From Acidimicrobiia bacterium (GTDB lineage: Bacteria; Actinomycetota; Acidimicrobiia; Spongiisociales; Spongiisociaceae), in assembly GCA_041576165.1 (NCBI GenBank), contig JBFGLM010000008.1, positions 1-64,000 on the forward strand: a stretch of 64,000 bases of DNA, in the 5' to 3' direction. Shown here piece after piece: positions 9,634 to 18,339 of the stretch. The stretch's first letter is position 1, and each line of letters opens with the position of its first letter. A program made the position numbers and the translations under genes. Under the pieces are notes generated by a model. It had not been told where the DNA came from. It saw only the letters and a list, made by a program, of their open reading frames with translations, and made no database searches.

Positions 9634-10173
9634 GTGGTGATAGCCAAAAAGTGGAAGGTCGTATCGGGAGGTTTGTCGCTCACCGTCGCCCTCGGCGGCG
9701 GTGCCGCCTGGGCAAATGCCGAGGATGTGACAGTTGAACCCGATGAAACCACCATTCCCACCTTGGCCGATGTGGTCCAGGACAAGTTGACCGAGACGAC
9801 GGTTGTCACCGTCGGCGGTGAGGATGTTCGAGTCAAGATGCCGGGCGATTCGCCGCTGGACCCGCTGACGGTCACGGTTTCGCCTGTGGAGGAGTCGCCA
9901 GTCACGGTTTCGCCTGTGGAGGAGTCGCCAGTCACGGTTTCGCCTGTGGAGGAGTCGCCAGTCACGGTTTCGCCTGTGGAGGAGTCGCCAGTCACGGTTT
10001 CGCCGGTGGAGGAGTCGCCAGTCACGGTTTCGCCGGTGGAGGAGTCGCCAGTCACGGTTTCGCCGGTGGAGGAGTCGCCAGTCACGGTTTCGCCTGTGGA
10101 GGAGTCGCCGAAGACGGTGTCGCCTGCGACAGCAACGCCGGATACCGCATCGCCCGATACATCTGACGACTGA
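9634..10173 (+). CDS. Secreted acidic Ser-Pro repeat protein
   Basis: AGGAG RBS, GTG start; KKWK plus hydrophobic core plus AWA signal; (VTVSPVEESP)x8; ends TPDTASPDTSDD. Confidence 0.85.
   Translation: MVIAKKWKVVSGGLSLTVALGGGAAWANAEDVTVEPDETTIPTLADVVQDKLTETTVVTVGGEDVRVKMPGDSPLDPLTVTVSPVEESPVTVSPVEESPVTVSPVEESPVTVSPVEESPVTVSPVEESPVTVSPVEESPVTVSPVEESPVTVSPVEESPKTVSPATATPDTASPDTSDD
9871..10110 (+). repeat. Coding tandem repeat, 30 bp x 8
   Basis: Unit GTCACGGTTTCGCC(T/G)GTGGAGGAGTCGCCA, contiguous with no spacers; only synonymous differences between units. Confidence 0.98.
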
Positions 10174-11366
10174 TGGCGTTGAGGGCGGTTGACGAACCAG
10201 CCGCCACCGGGGGTTCCCTCGTAGCGGAGCTGCTCGGAGACGGGGCGGTCGATGTGCTCAGCAGTCTCCTCGCGGAGGATGGGCGCACATTGATCTCCGC
10301 TCGTCCCTGGCAGGTCCGCTATCGCCCCCCGGACGCAGTCCGGGTCGTGTACCACGTCGACTGCGAACGTGACGGTCGGGCTGCAACAACGTTCCTTGCG
10401 TTGGAGGCCGGACGTCGATACAAGGGCGGCGTCATCCTCCAGCGAGGATTCGACCAGCTTGTGGCCTGGGAGTATCCCAATGATCCGCGCTTGCCCGGGT
10501 TGGCGAGCATTGTCGAGCGCGAGAAACTGGCACCGATCATCGCTCAGGTCGGCTTCGACCAGGAAATCGTCTCGATCCGCGTCCGTTCCTACCGGGCGAG
10601 CAAACGCGCCGTCGCCGAGGTCACGGGCACGACCAAGCGGGTGTTCGTCAAGGCCGTGAGACCGTCGGCCGCGGAGGAACTGCAACGTCGACACGTGGAA
10701 CTCACCCCGTATCTACCGGTGCCGCACAGTCTGGGATGGTCTGAGGAGCTCGGGATCGTCATCCTGGAAGCGTTGCCGGGCCGGACTCTACGCGACGCCC
10801 TTGCTGATGGGGGACCGGCGGGAGTCGATGTCCGGCCGCTTATTGCAGCTTTGGACCGACTCCCGCCGGCAAGCTCTGATGCGCCGTCAGCGCACGATCC
10901 ATTGGCGGCTACGAGCTCGTATGCCCGCCTGGTTGCCAACGCCACACCCGAGCTAGCACACCTCGCTGGGGAGATCGCCGAGAGGTCGCAGCGGCTCGAT
11001 CGAACCGCTGATCGATGGGTTCACGGCGACTTCCATCTGGCCCAGGTGATGGTCGGCGCTGAGGGAATGACTGGAATCGTCGATGTCGATCGGGCGGGCG
11101 CCGGTGACCCGCGCGACGACCTGGCGACCCTCATTGCCCATGCCCACAGTACGGCACTCGGTGTGACGAACCCCGCGCCCGTAGCCGAGCTCGGGCAGCA
11201 GGCGCTGGCGGTCGCCGAGGACCGCTACGACCGCGACGATATCCGGACGCGCGTTGCGGCGGTGATGCTCGGTTTCGCCGTAGGACCCTTCTCCTCGTAC
11301 GCCGAGGATTGGAGGAGCGACTTGAAAATCAAGCTGGCGGCGGCCTGTGAATGGCTCCCCGCATGA
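10173..11366 (+). CDS. APH/choline-kinase-fold phosphotransferase with N-terminal extension
   Basis: VFVK, VHGDFHLAQV and IVDVD motifs; DPRLPGL motif; TGATG coupling to the upstream gene. Confidence 0.88.
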   Translation: MALRAVDEPAATGGSLVAELLGDGAVDVLSSLLAEDGRTLISARPWQVRYRPPDAVRVVYHVDCERDGRAATTFLALEAGRRYKGGVILQRGFDQLVAWEYPNDPRLPGLASIVEREKLAPIIAQVGFDQEIVSIRVRSYRASKRAVAEVTGTTKRVFVKAVRPSAAEELQRRHVELTPYLPVPHSLGWSEELGIVILEALPGRTLRDALADGGPAGVDVRPLIAALDRLPPASSDAPSAHDPLAATSSYARLVANATPELAHLAGEIAERSQRLDRTADRWVHGDFHLAQVMVGAEGMTGIVDVDRAGAGDPRDDLATLIAHAHSTALGVTNPAPVAELGQQALAVAEDRYDRDDIRTRVAAVMLGFAVGPFSSYAEDWRSDLKIKLAAACEWLPA

Positions 11367-11402
11367 CCTGTGGGATTGAAAGGACGCGTGCGAGGCCCCG
11401 GA

Positions 11403-11463
11403 AGGTACCGGTCCCCGTCGGTACCTAACGAGCGGAGGGCCGGAGCCCTTGCCCGGCCCTCCG
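11403..11463. other. Twin hairpins with C-rich loops (terminator or small-RNA candidate)
   Basis: AGGTACCG-gtccccgt-CGGTACCT then CGGAGGGCCGG-agcccttgc-CCGGCCCTCCG. Confidence 0.5.
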
Positions 11464-11609
11464 TATCTGGCAGGCCACTCCGTGCGCGGAGCCGGCCCGC
11501 AGTTCGACCTCACTGACTCAAAGTGAGAATCGGGCACGAAAGACCACTGAAAGTGATGATCGTCGCCGGGCGGGTGTCGGCTTTCGTGCGCGATAGCCGC
11601 GACGTCGGT

Positions 11610-11725
11610 CCGTGGGGTGACCTGTGGCGGCCTTCTCGGCGATGCCCAGCTGCGATGTGTTGTTGCTCCATCCCTCGGCCACCAATGTGGGCACCTCACG
11701 CTCCTTGTCGGTCAGGTGGAACGCT
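11610..11725 (-). pseudogene. LuxR-type HTH remnant
   Basis: LTDKEREVPTLVAEGWSN-NTSQLGIAEKAATGH resembles LTxRExEVLxLVAxGxSNxEIAxxLxISxxTV with a small deletion. Confidence 0.6.
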
Positions 11726-11823
11726 CGGGCGGAGTGTCTTGCGTTGACCGGTGCGCTGCCGGCACGTCTGTCCAACGACGACTCGCCGCGAGCGGCCGCA
11801 GGGCGAATGGGTCCGGGCCTGGC

Positions 11824-12525
11824 TCAGCCGTCCTCGGCTTCGGTGGGTTTGGTCTCTGTTTCCGGCTCTTCCTCGTCCGGTTCTTCTTTGATGTCGATGT
11901 CCCACCCGCCGGATCCGCGTTCGATCTTGAGCTCAGATTCGTGGTGATCGGCTTCGAACTTGACCTCCAGCTCGTCGCCGTCCACCTCGTCTTGCATCGA
12001 GAATCCCGAGTTGGGCCGGGCCCAGATCAGCAGCACTGTGTCCGGTCCCAGCTCTACCTGGGCTGAGCCGCCCACGAGGTTGAAGGTGCGGATCTCGGGG
12101 GTCGGCGGCGCCACCGCCGGGGAAGCTTCGGCCGTAGTGGTTGTCGGCGTGGTAGTGGCGGTCGTGGGCTCGGTGGTTGCGATCGTGCCGGCCGCAACGA
12201 CCTCCGTCTCCGCGAACGTCACGGTCGTCGTGGACGCTGCGCTCGTAGGAGCCGGCACGCTGGTCGTGGACGTGATGCTCGTAGTCGTGGTCGGCGCCTC
12301 GGCGGGCTTTTCCTCGGGTTCAATCGGTTTGGCCGGGAGGGCAATGGCTGTCGCGTCGAGCGACGTCGTGGAAACGGGTAGTGCGCTGACCTCGGCTGCG
12401 GTGAGCGGTTGGACCGGTCCGTCGACTGCCTGAGCAGCGGCGAGCTGCACGACGCCCCAGGCCAGCGCGCCTGTGCTGACGGTGGCAACCAGCCACGAGA
12501 CAACCATGCCGAGGTTCCGCCTCAC
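11824..12525 (-). CDS. Membrane-anchored/secreted protein with Thr-rich linker and acidic C-terminal domain
   Basis: N-terminal TM segment, T/P/A-rich linker, GGSAQV...WARPNSGF...ELEVKFE; divergent from the two-component system. Confidence 0.8.
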   Translation of the reverse strand: MRRNLGMVVSWLVATVSTGALAWGVVQLAAAQAVDGPVQPLTAAEVSALPVSTTSLDATAIALPAKPIEPEEKPAEAPTTTTSITSTTSVPAPTSAASTTTVTFAETEVVAAGTIATTEPTTATTTPTTTTAEASPAVAPPTPEIRTFNLVGGSAQVELGPDTVLLIWARPNSGFSMQDEVDGDELEVKFEADHHESELKIERGSGGWDIDIKEEPDEEEPETETKPTEAEDG

Positions 12526-12561
12526 GATCCACATTCTGGTGGAGCTGGCGTCATGAGCGGG

Positions 12562-12598
12562 TCAAATGGTGGTTATGGAGTTCCTAAAACGCTATTAA
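12562..12598 (-). promoter_or_regulatory. 11-bp-periodic direct repeats (OmpR-type boxes)
   Basis: Minus strand TTAA-N7-TTAG-N7-ATAA-N7-TTGA in the divergent intergenic region next to the response regulator. Confidence 0.6.
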
Positions 12599-12629
12599 CA
12601 GCGGATGGTGTTGGTCTATCGTCCCGCGA

Positions 12630-13313
12630 GTGGCGTCGGTTCTGATCATTGAAGACGAACAACGCATTCGCGAGCTCCTGTGTAGCGCCCTGGCCCGTTT
12701 CGGACACGACGCTCAAGCGACCGCGACCGCGATGGAAGGCCTCCAAGCGGTGGTCGAAGATCGGCCGGAACTCGTCATCCTCGATCTCGGCCTGCCTGAT
12801 CTCGACGGCCTCGAACTGCTGAAGATGATCAGGGCCGTCAGCGACGTGCCGGTGATCGTCGCCACGGCCCGGGGGCAGGAGACGGATGTGGTCGCAGCGC
12901 TCGACGCCGGTGCGGACGACTACGTGGTGAAGCCGTTCGCAGCCGGGGAGATGGAAGCTCGGGTGCGGGCGGTGCTGCGGCGGTCAGCCGCGCAGGGCGA
13001 GATGGGGCTGATCCGTGTCGGACAGCTCGAGATCGACGCTCGGGGCCGGGTCGCCAGCCTCAACGGCACTGCGCTCGAGCTGAGCCCGAAAGAGTTCGAC
13101 GTCCTGGTGTGCCTAGCCGAACGAGCGGGTGAGGTCGTTTCCAAGCGTGAGTTGCTGGCTGAGGTGTGGCGGGAGCCGTACGGTGGCAGCGAGAAGACAG
13201 TGGATGTCCATCTCTCGTGGCTGCGCAAGAAGCTGGGTGAGGCCGCGTCGAACCCTCGCTACCTGCACACTGTGTTCGGCGTGGGCGTCAAGCTGGTGGA
13301 CCCTGAATTGTGA
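12630..13313 (+). CDS. OmpR-family response regulator
   Basis: IIEDE, ILDLGLPDLDG, GADDYVVKPF and winged-helix TVDVHLSWLRKKL. Confidence 0.95.
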   Translation: MASVLIIEDEQRIRELLCSALARFGHDAQATATAMEGLQAVVEDRPELVILDLGLPDLDGLELLKMIRAVSDVPVIVATARGQETDVVAALDAGADDYVVKPFAAGEMEARVRAVLRRSAAQGEMGLIRVGQLEIDARGRVASLNGTALELSPKEFDVLVCLAERAGEVVSKRELLAEVWREPYGGSEKTVDVHLSWLRKKLGEAASNPRYLHTVFGVGVKLVDPEL

Positions 13314-14638
13314 GGCGCCACGTCAATCTCGTAGCGCTCGCCATCTCCTCGATGGTGGTACTGGCATTCACCGTGCCGCTCGGCCTGCAGATTCGCCAGC
13401 AAACCTTCGATCGAGCCCTATCAGTCGCACAACGGGAAGCGCAATCGATCGCCACTGCCTTTGCAGTTGGCGCGTCGAGCAACGCCGATGCAGACGAGAT
13501 ACGTTTGCTCGCCTCATCGGTCATCAACTCGTTCGGTGGGAATGCCGAAGTCACGATCTTCCTGCCCGACGGAACCACCGAGGGCGCCGGGGCGGTTACA
13601 AACGACAACGTGCGGCGGGCGCAGAGCGGAGCGGCCTTCACCGCTGAGTTGGACCAAGGCGCCGAGGTCCTGGTCCCGATCGCCTTCTCTGAAGGTCAAG
13701 CAGTGGTGCGTGCGTTCGTTCCGAGCGCAGAATTGGAGCGCGGTGTCAGGCCCGCCTGGGCGCTTCTGGCGCTGCTGGGTCTCGCTCTGGTCACCGTCTC
13801 GTTGTGGGTGGCGGACCGGCTCGGCCGCTCCGTCACCGCGCCCGTGCTCGACGTGGCCGAAGCCACCCGTCGGGTGGGAGCGGGGGAGCGGTCGGTTCGG
13901 GCTCCGGTCGAGGGTCCCCCTGAGGTGCAGGAGGTCGCGGCGGCCTTCAACGACCTCGCCGACCGGCTCGATGACTTGCTCAAGGCCGAACGAGAATCGG
14001 TGGCCGACCTCTCTCACCGGCTGCGCACACCCCTCACTGCGTTGCGGCTCCAAGCAGAGGCACTGGATGATGCAGAGGCCGTCGCTGCGCTCATGCCAGA
14101 GATCGAGGGGCTGGAACGCGCCGTAACCCGCTTGATCGAGGACGCCCGCGCTCCCAACCCCGGAGCTGCCGCAGGCCGTTGTGACGTCCGGGCTTTGCTC
14201 ACCCATCGACTTCGCTTCTGGAAGATCCTCGCCCGGGAACAGAACCGACCGCTCCATATAGACGTGCCGGACGAGCTGACCCTGGTCGCGCTATCGGGCG
14301 ATGAACTGGGCGCCGCGCTCGATGTCTTGTTCGAAAACTTCTTCGCGCATACGCCGGCAGGCACCTCCCTATATGTGAAGCTGACGAGCGCGCCCTTCGA
14401 GGTCACCTTGCGATTCGAGGACAATGGCCCCGGCTTTTCGCAGCTGCGAACGTTGACCCGTGGCATGAGCGGGTCCGGCTCGACCGGCCTCGGATTGGAC
14501 ATCGTTCGCAGAGTGGCGGAGAAGGTCGGCGGCCAGATCCGCGTCGCCAATCGGCCGGGGGGAGGCGCCGTCATCGAGATGCGTCTACCCGCTGCAACTC
14601 CTGTTCCAGAGCCGATTTCTCCCGATCCAGCGAAGTGA
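13310..14638 (+). CDS. HAMP-domain sensor histidine kinase
   Basis: Two TM segments, HAMP, H-box DLSHRLRTPL, DNGPG and GSTGLGL. Confidence 0.95.
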   Translation: MRRHVNLVALAISSMVVLAFTVPLGLQIRQQTFDRALSVAQREAQSIATAFAVGASSNADADEIRLLASSVINSFGGNAEVTIFLPDGTTEGAGAVTNDNVRRAQSGAAFTAELDQGAEVLVPIAFSEGQAVVRAFVPSAELERGVRPAWALLALLGLALVTVSLWVADRLGRSVTAPVLDVAEATRRVGAGERSVRAPVEGPPEVQEVAAAFNDLADRLDDLLKAERESVADLSHRLRTPLTALRLQAEALDDAEAVAALMPEIEGLERAVTRLIEDARAPNPGAAAGRCDVRALLTHRLRFWKILAREQNRPLHIDVPDELTLVALSGDELGAALDVLFENFFAHTPAGTSLYVKLTSAPFEVTLRFEDNGPGFSQLRTLTRGMSGSGSTGLGLDIVRRVAEKVGGQIRVANRPGGGAVIEMRLPAATPVPEPISPDPAK

Positions 14639-14829
14639 TTCATACCCGGGAATCGCCGGTCATCGGGCAACGGCCTAAAAGGAACATATTTGACTTTCTC
14701 GTGCCGGGGGGCTTATGCTTCCGTCCGACGATTTCGCAGCGGGAGAAGCCAGGAGGATCTTGCTGCAGAACATGAACGGGGCGGTCAAGGACGGCGACGT
14801 GTTCACCGTCACGATCGGAGCGGGCTGAA

Positions 14830-15306
14830 ATGCGATTCCGGGGGCTAGTAATCACATTCGTGCTGGCGGCGGTCCTCCCGTTCGGGGGCGCCGTGCTCGC
14901 TCATGCGGACATCACCGACGTGTCACCCGCGCCCGGGGCGCATCTCGACTCCCCGCCGGAGCAGATCCTCGTTCGGTTCGAGGCCGAGCTGCACGCCGCC
15001 GACAGCGGACTCATTCTGCATGGCCCGGACGGGTTCGTGGCTGAGGGCTTGGTCGACCCGGATCACCGGTCCATGCGCATAAGCGACCTGCCGGATCTGG
15101 CCGATGGGCGGTATGAAGTCGAATGGACTGCAGCCGCCGCGCCAGATGGCGACGTGACGTCCGGTGTGATCGAATTTGTGGTCGGGACACCCGCGGCGCA
15201 GACGGCTAGCCGAACCGAACCGGTGCTGGCGGCGATCCTGGTGACCTTCTCTGTTGGTCTGGTAGTGATTGCGGGCCGGTACCAACGAGCGGAGGTGTCG
15301 GTATGA
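14830..15306 (+). CDS. copC: CopC-family copper-binding protein with C-terminal TM
   Basis: Signal peptide then His1 (AHADITDVSP), GRYEVEW; the DGH motif appears as DGD. Confidence 0.8.
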   Translation: MRFRGLVITFVLAAVLPFGGAVLAHADITDVSPAPGAHLDSPPEQILVRFEAELHAADSGLILHGPDGFVAEGLVDPDHRSMRISDLPDLADGRYEVEWTAAAAPDGDVTSGVIEFVVGTPAAQTASRTEPVLAAILVTFSVGLVVIAGRYQRAEVSV

Positions 15307-15610
15307 GCGGGCGCCGGCTGGGTTTGGTCCTGCTGGTGCTGGCGCCGTCCAGCATGGGCAATCGCTCACGTCGACCTAGTCGATTCTTCGCCGTCCACGG
15401 GATCGACCTGGTCAGAACCGAGAGATGTTGTTCGTGATCATTGGCGCCGCGGCGGGCGTCGTGATCCAGTTCGTACGCCTGTTCTTGGATGCCGCTTCGC
15501 TCCAGGCCGCCGGAGGCGTCGCTGGCGCTACGCCCAGCCGCTCCGCTTCAGCTCTGCCGGTCGCTGGATCGCGACCGGGGCGACGCTTCTGGCAGCAATC
15601 CTGGTGGTGA
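15303..15610 (+). pseudogene. Degraded CopC/CopD-like gene
   Basis: Signal-like start coupled to copC, then out-of-frame AWAIAHVDLVDSSPSTG (CopC N-terminus), then a hydrophobic fragment. Confidence 0.5.
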
Positions 15611-15950
15611 GAATCCTCAGCAGGGAGATGGGCAGCGGTGCCAGGCTCAGAGCCCCCAGCCGCGGGACTTACACATGTGGGGGCAGCCTCATCTGGAGGG
15701 GGGTGATCGTCGGGCCGGCGGCCGATAGCAGCGGCCGCCGCCCCACGATCGGCGAAAGACCTTGACCCCGGTCGCGGTGACGGTCTCGACCATGTCGATC
15801 GCAGCCAGCCTGTTCGCCATCGGTGAAGGGTCCGGCTGATCGATGGGCTGCCGGCCACGCTCGGCTAGGACGTTTTCGAACCAACCGAACGCGATGGCGA
15901 GATAGGTTACTGTGATCGCCCTCGATTTGGCGGGCTGATCCGGCCGCCAC

Positions 15951-16508
15951 CTAGCCCGGGTTGCGGCCGCTCAGGGCGATCGTCTGGTCGAGCGGTGAGG
16001 CGTCGTCGGGCACTGTCACCGGGTCGGCGAACGCATCTCCGCGCGCACCCTCGCGGGCCTGTGCGACGATCTGGTGCACCACTGCCGCGATGTCGTCATC
16101 GACCGAGTAGGACGTCCCAGACGACATGGCGAGGTCCCAGCCATGAACGACCAGCTCCAGCAGTGTAATACTCGCCGCGTACTCGGCCGGCAACTCCCCT
16201 GGACCGAACTGCACTGTGCCCGCAGTGGCTCCCGGCTGCGACCAGGCATCGGCGAGGTCGCTCGCCAGGTGAGCGAACGTCTCAGGCCAATCGGGATCGG
16301 CGGCAAAATTGGGTGCCTCACCCTCCATCTCCGGACCCCGCCGAGCAGAGTTCGCGGAATAGCCAAGGAAACTCGTCAGATGGTTCGCCAGTTCGGCGAA
16401 ATCGAACTTGGCACACGTGGTTGGTGACGACAGGTCGGGCACATCCATCGCGCGGACCATAGCGCTGGTATTGGCGGCCGACCTGGCGATCATCTCAGGC
16501 ATTGACAT
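15951..16508 (-). CDS. TIGR03086-like (DinB/MDMPI superfamily) metal-binding protein
   Basis: PTTCAKFDFAELANH, ELVVHGWDLA and LSGRNP motifs. Confidence 0.85.
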   Translation of the reverse strand: MSMPEMIARSAANTSAMVRAMDVPDLSSPTTCAKFDFAELANHLTSFLGYSANSARRGPEMEGEAPNFAADPDWPETFAHLASDLADAWSQPGATAGTVQFGPGELPAEYAASITLLELVVHGWDLAMSSGTSYSVDDDIAAVVHQIVAQAREGARGDAFADPVTVPDDASPLDQTIALSGRNPG

Positions 16509-16762
16509 GGGCTCACTCCTCTATCCGCCTGCGGGCAGTTTCGCACGTATCGACGCAGCATGTCCGGGCGGATCGACATCGGATTGGTTCCCGCCGTCCA
16601 TCAGCACCGTGGCTTGCCTGCGACGGCGACGGCGCTTCCGATCCCCGGCGAGCCGAATCCAACCTGGGAGCGTTCGCCATAGGGTTGGTCGAGCGGCTCG
16701 CCCTCGACAACTACGTCAGCCCATGCGGGCATTCACCCGGTCACTGGCGTTGCCCTCGATCG

Positions 16763-18214
16763 TCAGGCGGCCGGATTGGACCCGGCGCTGCCCTCGGCCG
16801 CCGGCTCCGTGCCCGACAATGCTGCGGCTGCGGCACGGGCTGCGTCACCCCCGGCCAGTAGATCGTCGGTGATTGAGTCAATGTCGAGGTCGGCGGCGGC
16901 TACGACGCCGGACCAGTCAACCGTCCACCTCCGCTCCGGACCCGCCAGATGCACAACCGCCGCTCGGATGTACGGTCGCAGACCCTCGGAGTCGCCGGAG
17001 ATAGTGAACGTCTGGGAGAGGTCCCGCCGCAGGCCAGCCTGGTCGCCCGCCGCCAATCTGGTGAGGAATGCCGTGGCGGCATCTCCATTGCCACCGCCGG
17101 CTACCCGCACGACCTCGCTGCCCGCTTCGGCGCGAGCGTCACGGAGGAAGGGGCCCGCGTCCTGCCACTCGACCGAGGTCAACTGTGCTTCCGGGTTGTA
17201 GACGAGAGTGGTCGCAGTCATCTCAAACTCTTCGGGTCGATGGAGCAGTTCGCGGGCGGGACGCCGATCGGCGGTGTGATTGTTCACGGGAAGCGACCGG
17301 ATTGCTGCGACTCGTTCCTTTGCCGGCGGGTGCGTGTCATATGGGGAGGGTTCGGTCGGGTGTTCTTCGAGAAACTCGGTGATCTGGGCCTGGCGCTCCT
17401 CATCGGCGAGCAATGCGCGATAGCCCTCGAACAGATTGCGCGGTCGGCGGTCGCTTGCGGCCAGAGGGGCGACGTAGGCGTTCATGAGCAGGCTGTAGGC
17501 GGCTGAGGCACGGTCGATCTTCTCGAGGGCGGAGGCAGCTGCCTCGGTCCCCCCGATATCTGCAGCCCAGCGGTCGGCGGCCAGCTCCTGCGCCCGGCTC
17601 GTCTTACCGCTGACCCGCAGATAGAACTTGGCGTAGGCCATGAACAGGGCCCGCACAATGCCCTGGCCCATGGAGTTGACTGCACGGACGATCGATTCCC
17701 ATCCGCGGTAGGCGACAGCGCCAAGACGGGTGTCCGACCCGGCGTAGTGCCCGAACTCGTGGGCGATCACAGCTTCGAGTTGGTCGACCTCCAGCGCGTT
17801 CATCAGGCCGACGCCGACGGTCAGGATGCGTCGACGACTGATCAGCCCCAGCATCGCCGTGTCCTCGACAACATAGGCGTTGACATCGGGGATCAGATAA
17901 ACCTCGTCGGGCATGGTCGTGTCCATTTGCTCCGCGATCTTTTCGATCGACCGGAACAGCTCGGGCTGGTCGGCGGCTGAGATGCGGAGACCGTTGGTGG
18001 GAGGCTCGACGCCGCCCTTGACGAATACGACGGCTCGGAGGAGCAGGATGGCGATCACCACGGTGGCGATTGCCAACCGGGGGCTGATCCGGCCGGCGTT
18101 CCACAACAGAACGTTGAAGCCGGCGAGCGCGCCGACAACGCCGAACGTCAGCGCATAGAACCCCAACAACAAGCCGATCGAAGTTGCCGCCCGGCCCGAC
18201 TTTGACGCATCCAT
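16763..18214 (-). CDS. M48 family membrane zinc metalloprotease
   Basis: VNAYV, AHEFGH, ELAAD and DTHPPAKERV motifs. Confidence 0.9.
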   Translation of the reverse strand: MDASKSGRAATSIGLLLGFYALTFGVVGALAGFNVLLWNAGRISPRLAIATVVIAILLLRAVVFVKGGVEPPTNGLRISAADQPELFRSIEKIAEQMDTTMPDEVYLIPDVNAYVVEDTAMLGLISRRRILTVGVGLMNALEVDQLEAVIAHEFGHYAGSDTRLGAVAYRGWESIVRAVNSMGQGIVRALFMAYAKFYLRVSGKTSRAQELAADRWAADIGGTEAAASALEKIDRASAAYSLLMNAYVAPLAASDRRPRNLFEGYRALLADEERQAQITEFLEEHPTEPSPYDTHPPAKERVAAIRSLPVNNHTADRRPARELLHRPEEFEMTATTLVYNPEAQLTSVEWQDAGPFLRDARAEAGSEVVRVAGGGNGDAATAFLTRLAAGDQAGLRRDLSQTFTISGDSEGLRPYIRAAVVHLAGPERRWTVDWSGVVAAADLDIDSITDDLLAGGDAARAAAAALSGTEPAAEGSAGSNPAA

Positions 18215-18245
18215 ACCCACTCACCGTATGAAGGACCCAGATGCT

Positions 18246-18273
18246 GGATCGGCGCTGGGGCCGGGCGGCTTGA
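18246..18273 (-). promoter_or_regulatory. Sigma-28 (FliA/WhiG)-like promoter for the M48 gene
   Basis: TCAA-N16-GCCGATCC. Confidence 0.6.
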
Positions 18274-18305
18274 GCGAAGGTGTCCGAGAGCCTTGGTCGG
18301 TGCGC

Positions 18306-18332
18306 TCCAGTTCCTCCCAGCGCCGCCGATAT
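18306..18332 (+). promoter_or_regulatory. Sigma-28-like promoter
   Basis: TCCA-N15-GCCGATAT; ATG 7 nt downstream. Confidence 0.5.
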
Positions 18333-18339
18333 TCCCTAC

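Noticed and set aside
9871-10110. 30-bp repeats as a CRISPR array
   Set aside because: Units are contiguous with no spacers, are in frame in a protein, and no cas genes are present
9555-10694. 379-aa minus-strand ORF with TGETVTGDSS repeats
   Set aside because: Antisense shadow of the repeat gene and kinase; the plus strand has the RBS, signal peptide and translational coupling
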